Positions 26,133 to 32,000 of a DNA stretch of 32,000 bases are shown one piece after another (positions within the stretch are counted from its first letter, which is position 1; every line of letters starts with the position of its first letter). The notes under the pieces were generated by a model that saw only the letters and a list, made by a program, of their open reading frames with translations, was not told the DNA's origin and did not search any database. A program made the position numbers and the translations under genes. Where the stretch lies: contig PQXB01000001.1 in the NCBI GenBank assembly GCA_003194425.1, forward strand, positions 550,444-582,443, written 5' to 3'. Origin of the DNA: Candidatus Methanophagaceae archaeon (GTDB taxonomy: Archaea; Halobacteriota; Syntropharchaeia; Alkanophagales; Methanospirareceae).

Positions 26133-26216
26133 CTAAACCTCTACCCTAAACCTCTACCCTAAACCTCTAAACTAAACCTCCACAAACTAAACCTCCAAAC
26201 TAAACCTCCAAAACCC
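26133..26216. repeat. degenerate tandem array with core ctaaacctc x6 (13-nt unit ctaaacctctacc x2, then ctaaacctcc variants), in the csl4-rpoL spacer
   Basis: Read directly. In mRNA sense the units are (G/A)GAGGUUUAG. The csl4 terminus GUGGUUUAG resembles the unit. Confidence 0.9.
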
Positions 26217-26786
26217 CTAAACCACACCCTTTCCATAATCGTAAGATATTTTTCTCGTCTCCTCCCTCCTGCACCGCTCACACACCAGTACATTTCCCTT
26301 CCTCTTCAGCTCGCTTTTGCATTTCCCGCACATTGCTTTTATCACGCCCAAGTCCCGCTCTTCGGTGCTGAGCCTCAGCGCCTTCGCGTCGATCACCTTC
26401 GCCTTCACCAGATCAAGAACGCCAAACTCCTGCTGCAATTCATTTACATACCCAGTTTTTACATTTGAGATGTGAATAACGGCTTGCGTGGGCGCAACGA
26501 TTTCCCGCTGCTCCTTCCCCACAACGCACGCAAGGCTCACAACAGCGACCATTTCCTTTAAGTCCTCTACTCTGCCCACTACCACTGTGCCCTCTTTAAT
26601 CACCGGCGGCGTCTCAACCGCAGGCAGAACGCTTATTTCCCTCTGCTCATTTACGCTGACCTCCCCAATCTGCAGGGCAAACAAGTTCCCCTCTTCCGCG
26701 CAGACCCCATTTCCTGCCGTAAACTCCTCGGAAGTCCCCACGAAATCCCCTGGAATTACGATTGTTTCATTCTTATTTTTTTCCAT
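26217..26786 (-). CDS. csl4: exosome complex RNA-binding protein Csl4
   Basis: N-terminal VIPGD..G, an S1 domain (GTVVVGRVEDL...IHISNV), and a C-terminal Zn-ribbon CGKCKSEL...CERCRREE. The position next to rpoL is a conserved archaeal arrangement. Confidence 0.8.
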   Translation of the reverse strand: MEKNKNETIVIPGDFVGTSEEFTAGNGVCAEEGNLFALQIGEVSVNEQREISVLPAVETPPVIKEGTVVVGRVEDLKEMVAVVSLACVVGKEQREIVAPTQAVIHISNVKTGYVNELQQEFGVLDLVKAKVIDAKALRLSTEERDLGVIKAMCGKCKSELKRKGNVLVCERCRREETRKISYDYGKGVV

Positions 26787-26847
26787 CTTCTTCTCTCCCT
26801 TTTGTTATTCCTCTCTCTTCTCCTTCTCTTTCCCTTTTCTTTTTATA

Positions 26848-27117
26848 TTAAATTCCATCCTTAAATCTCAAATCAGCGCCATCTCTTTTCGCACTCGCAG
26901 GGAAAGTCCCCGCACTTAATTCCACAAGCACTTGAAAATCCGTAAGCGATTTCCCCGTATTCTCCTCTACCTCCTTGTAGGAGCTCCTGTCGTAGTAGCT
27001 CCAGTCTCCACTGCCTGCGTTTGATAACGCCGACACCTTTCCTATCTTTCCTATCCCTCCCGCCAGCAACACCAGCAGGGTTCCTAATGCGATTTTTTTA
27101 TTCTGCATTTCTATCAT
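26848..27117 (-). pseudogene. N-terminal remnant of a secreted DUF2341-like surface protein
   Basis: Signal peptide followed by W.YY...DFQVLVEL...GADLRFKDG, which resembles the start of a DUF2341 domain. The ORF stops right there (89 aa). Confidence 0.4.
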
Positions 27118-27194
27118 TTTTCTTTTTATTCTACTTAATTCTTTTTATTCTACTTAAATATTTAATCAAACTTTTCCTAAGAATTTGTTGTTCA

Positions 27195-27655
27195 GCACCT
27201 CTGAAGACAGAGTCGGAAGTCGCCACGAACACGTGCCACAGGTGCAACTCCTTCGTCAGCCGCACGAAGAAGTTGAAGAGTTTGTAAATTATAAAATCGT
27301 CCACTTTCGTCCACTTTCAAGTCCTCAATCACCCGCAACTCGTCCAGCACCAGCACAGGCGGGCTGGGTGTGGAGGCGGGGACGGCCTCACGCCCTCTTT
27401 CGTAAAACGCTCTGAGAACGGTTTCGATGTAAACGAACGCGTCTTCTACCTCTTTCTCTGTAAATAACCACAGAAAAATGTCCTTTGGTATCGGAATTCC
27501 GCAGTATCTCTCGGGCAGAACTTTCACTATCGGCTTGAGAAACTCTTTTATCCTCTCTTACCTCGCCTCGTGCTCCTCATCAAAGAGGATTTTTTGAAAT
27601 CGTCGTAATCCCAGATGAACCTGCCCCGCAGATTTTTGTAATTTATCAGAGACTC
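27195..27655 (-). pseudogene. degraded paralog of the Arch_ATPase gene at 2198-3283 (frameshifts, in-frame stop, both termini missing)
   Basis: Three minus-strand frames together read YKNLRGRFIWDYDDF / RYCGIPIPKDIFLWLF...PPVLVLDELRVIEDLKVD / [30 protein letters not shown]. The intact gene reads [15 protein letters not shown]...[16 protein letters not shown]...[48 protein letters not shown]. Confidence 0.65.
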
Positions 27656-27719
27656 ATTTCAACCTCTCTTTAGAAGAGACCAAAGAGACTTTAAATTTGC
27701 ATTTAAAAATTACCCGAAA

Positions 27720-28490
27720 TTACCCAAACCGTCCCGTAATATATTCTTCAGTCCGCTTGTCGCTCGGCTTCTCGAATATTCGCGTGGTCTCGCCGAATTC
27801 TATCAACTCGCCGAGCAGGAAGAACGCGGTAAAGTCAGAGACACGAGCCGCCTGCTGCATATTGTGCGTGACAATCACGATCGTGTAGTCCCGCTTCAAC
27901 TCCCGCAGCAGCTCTTCCACCCGCGCCGTCGAGACAGGGTCCAACGCCGAACAGGGCTCGTCAAAGAGAATAATTTCAGGGTTCACCGCCAACGCCCTTG
28001 CAATGCACAACCGCTGCTGCTGCCCACCAGAGAACTTCAACGCGCTCTCCCCCAGCCGATCCTTCACCTCGGGCCACAACGCCGCTCTCCTCAAACTCTC
28101 CTCCACTACCCTGTCCAGCCTTCTCTTCAACTTCCCGTTCCCCCACCCGCGAGCGTGAACCCGCGGACCGTAGGCGACGTTCTCGTAAATGCTCATCGGG
28201 AACGGGTTCGGCTGCTGAAAGACCATTCCTACACGCTTCCTTAACTGAATAACATCCGTTCCGCCGTTGTAAATGTCCTCTCCGTCCACAAGAACCTCGC
28301 CTTCCGTCTTCGCACCCACAAGGTCGTTCATTCTGTTCAGCGACCTGAGAAAAGTCGACTTTCCACAGCCCGAAGGTCCAATCAACGCCGTTACCTTCTT
28401 CGCTTCTATTTTTATGCTCACCTCTTTCAACGCCTGCACTGTTCCACGCCCGTAAAAGACGCTCAACCCCGTGACTTCGATTTTACTCAT
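27720..28490 (-). CDS. pstB: phosphate ABC transporter ATP-binding protein
   Basis: [32 protein letters not shown], and the PstB-specific N- and C-terminal blocks. Confidence 0.95.
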   Translation of the reverse strand: MSKIEVTGLSVFYGRGTVQALKEVSIKIEAKKVTALIGPSGCGKSTFLRSLNRMNDLVGAKTEGEVLVDGEDIYNGGTDVIQLRKRVGMVFQQPNPFPMSIYENVAYGPRVHARGWGNGKLKRRLDRVVEESLRRAALWPEVKDRLGESALKFSGGQQQRLCIARALAVNPEIILFDEPCSALDPVSTARVEELLRELKRDYTIVIVTHNMQQAARVSDFTAFFLLGELIEFGETTRIFEKPSDKRTEEYITGRFG

Positions 28491-28499
28491 TTTTCTTTT

Positions 28500-29360
28500 T
28501 CACCATATTTTTCTTCGCTTCCGCCTGACGAATCTGTTCCGAAGCAGCAACGCAAAGAGGCTGCTCAGCAAAAACATCGCAATTAGCACGAGCGAGGCGC
28601 CGAAGGCACGAGAAGAAGCTGCGGAAGTGTGCCCTTGCGTCGCGAGCATAAAAATATAAACCGGCAACGACCCAACAGGGTCAGAGAGTGACCGCGGCAG
28701 AAACGATTCCAAACCCGAACCCGCGGTTAAAAGAACAACAGCCGTCTCTCCTACCGCCTTTCCCATTCCAAGCAAGACCCCAGTAATTATGCCAGGGGCA
28801 GCGTTCCTCAGCACCACGCCACGAATCGTCTGCCACTTGGAAACGCCTAAAGCAAGCGACGCCTCCCGGTAAGAGTAGGGAACCGTTTTAATCGCCTCTT
28901 CGCTCGCCCTAACTGTCCAAGGCAGAATCATAAAACCGAGAGCCAAACCGCCAGAGAGCAGGGAAACGCCGAACCCCAAAAAATAGACGAGGAAAACGAG
29001 CCCGAACAAGCCGATCACTACCGACGGAATCCCTGCCAAGCACTCCACAAAGAACCGCACACTTCGTGTCACCAAATTATCGGCTGCATATTCTGCGAGA
29101 TAAATCGCAGTCGCAAGACCCAGAGGAACCGCGAAAAGCAGACAGACCGCAACCAAAAAAAATGTCCCCACAACCTGCGGAAATATTCCGCCGTGCTCGA
29201 ACCTGTAAGGAGACTCGAGCAGGAACGCTGGATTTATCGCTCCTGCACCGTTGAAAAATATGTAGCCAACTAAAACGAGCAGCACCGCAACCGAGACGAG
29301 TGCCGCCGCGCACAAGCCCAGTTTTACGACCTCTTCACGCACTCTAACACACACACTCAC
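28500..29360 (-). CDS. pstA: phosphate ABC transporter permease PstA
   Basis: 6-TM BPD-type permease with ASLALG..KWQT in the EAA loop; second permease of the operon. The exact GTG start is uncertain because the 5' end lies in a repeat. Confidence 0.88.
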   Translation of the reverse strand: MSVCVRVREEVVKLGLCAAALVSVAVLLVLVGYIFFNGAGAINPAFLLESPYRFEHGGIFPQVVGTFFLVAVCLLFAVPLGLATAIYLAEYAADNLVTRSVRFFVECLAGIPSVVIGLFGLVFLVYFLGFGVSLLSGGLALGFMILPWTVRASEEAIKTVPYSYREASLALGVSKWQTIRGVVLRNAAPGIITGVLLGMGKAVGETAVVLLTAGSGLESFLPRSLSDPVGSLPVYIFMLATQGHTSAASSRAFGASLVLIAMFLLSSLFALLLRNRFVRRKRRKIW

Positions 29361-29449
29361 TCACCTCTCTCTCACTCACCTCTCTCTCACTTCTCACTCA
29401 CACTCACTCACTCTCACACACACTCTCACACTCTCACATTCTCTCATTT
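29356..29449. repeat. 15-nt tandem unit ctcactcacctctct x2 followed by degenerate CT/CA-rich repeats, in the pstC-pstA spacer
   Basis: 29356-29370 and 29371-29385 are identical. In mRNA sense the unit is AGAGAGGUGAGUGAG and includes GAGGUGA. Confidence 0.9.
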
Positions 29450-30316
29450 TCAATCTCTCCCCCATCCTCCTTTTCCTCTTCTTATCACGGCAGTGGTTAC
29501 CGCGTTGAGAACCGCGACCACCGCGAACAGTACCACGCCGAGAGCGAACAACGCGTGCTGGTGCATCGAACCCCAGACCGCGTAACTTATCTCAATCACG
29601 ATCGTGGAAGTGAGCACGCGGACTGGCTCCAACGCAGAGTGAGGGATCCAAGGAATGTTCGGGTTCCCGACGACCATCAAAACCGCCATCGTCTCTCCTA
29701 CCGCGTTTCCCATTCCCAGAACCAGCGACGCCAAAATCCCAGACCTTGCGTTCGGCAAAATCACCTTTCGGACAGTCTGCAGTTGCGTGGCACCGAGAGC
29801 GAGCGACGCCTCTTTGTAGCCATTTGGAACCGCTCTGATAGAATCTTCTGAGATGCTGACGACGTGCGGCAAGGTCATAATCGCGAGAATTACCCAGCCC
29901 GCGAGCACACACTCGCCCCAACCCCCGAACGCGTCCCTCACGAAGACGACGAGCACCGTCAGCCCGAAGAGCCCGAGCACGACCGACGGAAACCCGACCA
30001 GCATCTCCACAGAGGGCTTAACGAGGTTGCGAAGCCAGTCTGGCGAGAATTCCGCCAAATAAATCGCTGCAGGGATGCCTACGGCTGCTGCGAGCACCAA
30101 CGCACCGATTCCCACCACGAAAGTGCTCACAACAATCGGGAAAATGCCGAACTGGTCGTGAGAAGGGTGCCAGGTCATTCCAAAGAAAAACTCCCGCCAG
30201 CCCAGCGTTAACGCAGGAAAGCCCTCTTTCAGCAGGAATGCGAGGATAAAAAAAACGATAAAAATGGACGAGAGGGCAGAGACGAACAACGCCCACTCTA
30301 CTATTTTTTCTCCCAC
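29450..30316 (-). CDS. pstC: phosphate ABC transporter permease PstC
   Basis: 6-TM permease with ASLALGATQLQT in the EAA loop; first permease after pstS. GTG start overlaps the upstream gene by 16 nt. Confidence 0.88.
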   Translation of the reverse strand: MGEKIVEWALFVSALSSIFIVFFILAFLLKEGFPALTLGWREFFFGMTWHPSHDQFGIFPIVVSTFVVGIGALVLAAAVGIPAAIYLAEFSPDWLRNLVKPSVEMLVGFPSVVLGLFGLTVLVVFVRDAFGGWGECVLAGWVILAIMTLPHVVSISEDSIRAVPNGYKEASLALGATQLQTVRKVILPNARSGILASLVLGMGNAVGETMAVLMVVGNPNIPWIPHSALEPVRVLTSTIVIEISYAVWGSMHQHALFALGVVLFAVVAVLNAVTTAVIRRGKGGWGRD

Positions 30317-31119
30317 ACTAACTCCTGCCCCCCTTTTGAATACATTCTAAATATTTTCATCCCCCATTCTTCTTTTCCTGCTTCTCTTCCTGCTTCTTTT
30401 CCTGCTTCTTTTCCTGCTTCTCTTCCTGCTTCTCTTCTTCCCTCGTCCCCCTCGCCCGCCTCGCAGATTTCAATCAGGTTGAACGACGGCGGAATGTTCC
30501 ACTTCACCTTGCTACTGCACGCCGTCCCCGCGTTCACTACTGCCGTCCCGTTCAAGTTCCAGACCCACGGCACGTGTTTGTGTCCACAGAGCACGAGGTC
30601 GGTCCCGCACCGAAGAAGCAGTTCAAGAACATCTCCTGCGTCTGTCAGAATGTTCCGCTCTCGCCCTGTCTTTGGAACCGAAATTAAATGGTGGTGGAGA
30701 GCGACGACCTTAAAACTGTCCGTCCAGTCAGTCGTAAGGCAGCGCTCAATCCACTCATATTTCTCTCTCCCCACGTGCCCCTCGTCCAGGTCAGGCTGTG
30801 TAGAATCCACGCCGACAACTGTCACTCCCTTGTGCTGCAGAATCTTCGACCTCGCTCCGAAAATCTCCTCAAAGCAAAGGTCGCCCACGTTCCTCGCGTC
30901 GTGATTTCCCGGAACCACCACCTTCACCTCACACTCGATTCTCTCGATGTAACTCTTCGCTCGCACAAACTCTGAATAACTGCCCTCGTTGGTTAAATCG
31001 CCTGTAACTACCACAATCTCTGGCTTTACCTCGTTTATCCTTTTTATCACTTTCTCTGCCAACTCTGGCAGGAAATGCGATTTCCCTGTGTGAATATCCG
31101 AAATGTGCACGATTTTCAT
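30301..31119 (-). CDS. calcineurin-like metallophosphoesterase
   Basis: Motifs SDIH, TGDL, GNHD, HHH and CGHKH in canonical order. The C-terminal EAG(R/K) repeat tail comes from a 12-nt x5 array. Confidence 0.8.
   Translation of the reverse strand: MKIVHISDIHTGKSHFLPELAEKVIKRINEVKPEIVVVTGDLTNEGSYSEFVRAKSYIERIECEVKVVVPGNHDARNVGDLCFEEIFGARSKILQHKGVTVVGVDSTQPDLDEGHVGREKYEWIERCLTTDWTDSFKVVALHHHLISVPKTGRERNILTDAGDVLELLLRCGTDLVLCGHKHVPWVWNLNGTAVVNAGTACSSKVKWNIPPSFNLIEICEAGEGDEGRREAGREAGKEAGKEAGREAGKEEWGMKIFRMYSKGGQELVWEKK
30373..30432. repeat. 12-nt tandem repeat t(t/c)ttcctgcttc x5 inside the phosphoesterase gene
   Basis: cctg recurs at 30377, 30389, 30401, 30413 and 30425. Confidence 0.95.
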
Positions 31120-31143
31120 TTCCTTTTCCTCTTTTCTTCCTCT

Positions 31144-32000
31144 TCACTTCCTCCTTTTCTCCCTCCCTCTGCGCACCGCGCAGGCTACTCCCGCTACCGC
31201 CAACAAACCTGCAACTCCAAATACCGCGTCAAATCCAGGTTGCGTTGGTGTCGTCGTTGGTGTTTCCGTTGCAGTTGGTCTCGGCGTCGTCTTGGGAGTC
31301 AGTTCAGGTGTTAGCGTCTCCTCAAGCGTCTCCTCAAGCGTCTCCTCAAGCGTCTCCTCAACAGGCAGTTTTATGTAGCCCATTTCGTCCACCACTTCCT
31401 GCCCCTCCTCGCTCAGCACGAAGTCAATGAACGCCGCCTCAAGTTCGCTCGGCGCCCCGTTCGTCACGAGGTACAAGTTCCGCGAGATTGGGTAAGCCCC
31501 AGAGAGCACGTTCTCCTCGGTCGCTGCCACGCCGTCTATTTTGACCGCTTTTACGGACGCGTCAAGGTAGCCGAGAGAGAGGTAGCCAATGCTCCTCTCG
31601 TCGCTACTGACCGTTGCTCTCACTTCGCCGTTCGAGGATTTTACCGCCGCGTTGGCAGCGATTTCCTTCCCAAACGGTTTCAGTACCGCCGTCTCAAAGC
31701 AGTCCCTCGTTCCAGACCCTTCTTCGCGCGTTACTACCCGAATCGCCTCGTCTCGTCCGCCCAGTTCCTTCCAGTTCGTTATTTCGCCTGCGAAGATTTT
31801 CGCTGCCTCTTCCAACTCCAGCCCTTGCCCTTGTCCCTGCCCCTGTTCGCTCACTGGATTGCTCGGATGCAGAACAATCGCCACGCTGTCCTTCCCTACG
31901 ACCACTGGCTTCAAGTTCGGAAACGCCTCCAGCTCTTTCACTTTTACATCCCGCGAGGCTGCGCCGATGTCAATTTCGCCTGCGCCCACTGCTTTTACGC
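31144..32000 (-). CDS. pstS: phosphate-binding protein PstS with PGF-CTERM sorting signal (5' end beyond the window)
   Basis: PBP-type core (IDIGAASRD, GSGTRD). A Thr/Pro-rich linker is followed by PGFDAVFGVAGLLAVAGVACAVRRGREKRRK. The frame stays open upstream of 31989 to the window edge. Confidence 0.85.
   Translation of the reverse strand, partial: VKAVGAGEIDIGAASRDVKVKELEAFPNLKPVVVGKDSVAIVLHPSNPVSEQGQGQGQGLELEEAAKIFAGEITNWKELGGRDEAIRVVTREEGSGTRDCFETAVLKPFGKEIAANAAVKSSNGEVRATVSSDERSIGYLSLGYLDASVKAVKIDGVAATEENVLSGAYPISRNLYLVTNGAPSELEAAFIDFVLSEEGQEVVDEMGYIKLPVEETLEETLEETLEETLTPELTPKTTPRPTATETPTTTPTQPGFDAVFGVAGLLAVAGVACAVRRGREKRRK
31314..31361. repeat. 12-nt tandem repeat gcgtctcctcaa x4 inside pstS (encodes ETLE repeats)
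   Basis: Read directly; four perfect copies. Confidence 0.95.

Noticed and set aside
25700-26216. Possible CRISPR arrays (29-nt repeats at 25700-25783, 13-nt repeats at 26133-26216; also 6713-6786)
   Set aside because: The units are directly abutting, with no unique spacers, and most are too short. There are no cas genes in the window. These are plain tandem repeats.
27192-27527. 111-aa minus-strand ORF as an intact gene
   Set aside because: It is only the central open segment of the decayed Arch_ATPase paralog. It lacks the P-loop, and homology continues in other frames on both sides.
1-32000. The window itself being a Borg-like extrachromosomal element, plasmid or provirus, given the repeat load
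   Set aside because: The content is dominated by single-copy core genes: aRF1, GluRS, RFC, Rpo11, Csl4, SRP19, DnaK, purM and hemL. There are no integrase, transposase, capsid or replication-initiator genes, so a chromosomal origin is far more likely.

Overview
Gene-dense (about 90% coding) chromosomal segment of an archaeon. Recognisable genes:
- Core functions: A-type ATP synthase subunits H/E/F, aRF1, RFC large subunit, Rpo11, Csl4, SRP19, archaeal-type GluRS, and an intron-containing tRNA-Gly.
- A grpE-dnaK-dnaJ locus.
- hemL, purM, thiL, a cysteate-synthase-like gene and mptD.
- Two archaeosortase-family genes.
- A pstS-(phosphoesterase)-pstC-pstA-pstB operon.

Archaeosortase/PGF-CTERM, cysteate synthase and MptD together suggest a methanogen/ANME-related euryarchaeon; this is inference only. 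I found no transposase, integrase, CRISPR array, cas gene or rRNA.

The dominant unusual signal is an extreme density of short perfect tandem repeats.
- Inside genes they are always multiples of 3 nt and create G/A/S/E/K/R-rich inserts in otherwise conserved housekeeping proteins.
- Between genes the unit lengths are 5, 11, 13, 15, 19 and 21 nt, often carrying Shine-Dalgarno-like cores.
- One array (29-nt unit) makes up most of a 114-nt tRNA-Gly(CCC) intron.

Other notable points:
- A pilin-like gene coupled to atpF is split by a -1 frameshift on a G GGA AAA heptamer.
- DnaJ lacks the entire zinc-finger domain.
- GluRS has TLGS in place of the HIGH motif.
- PstS carries a PGF-CTERM anchor.
- The atpH-E-F cluster is isolated from the other ATP synthase genes.
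- There are gene remnants, and a sharp compositional break inside a LamG-domain ORF.
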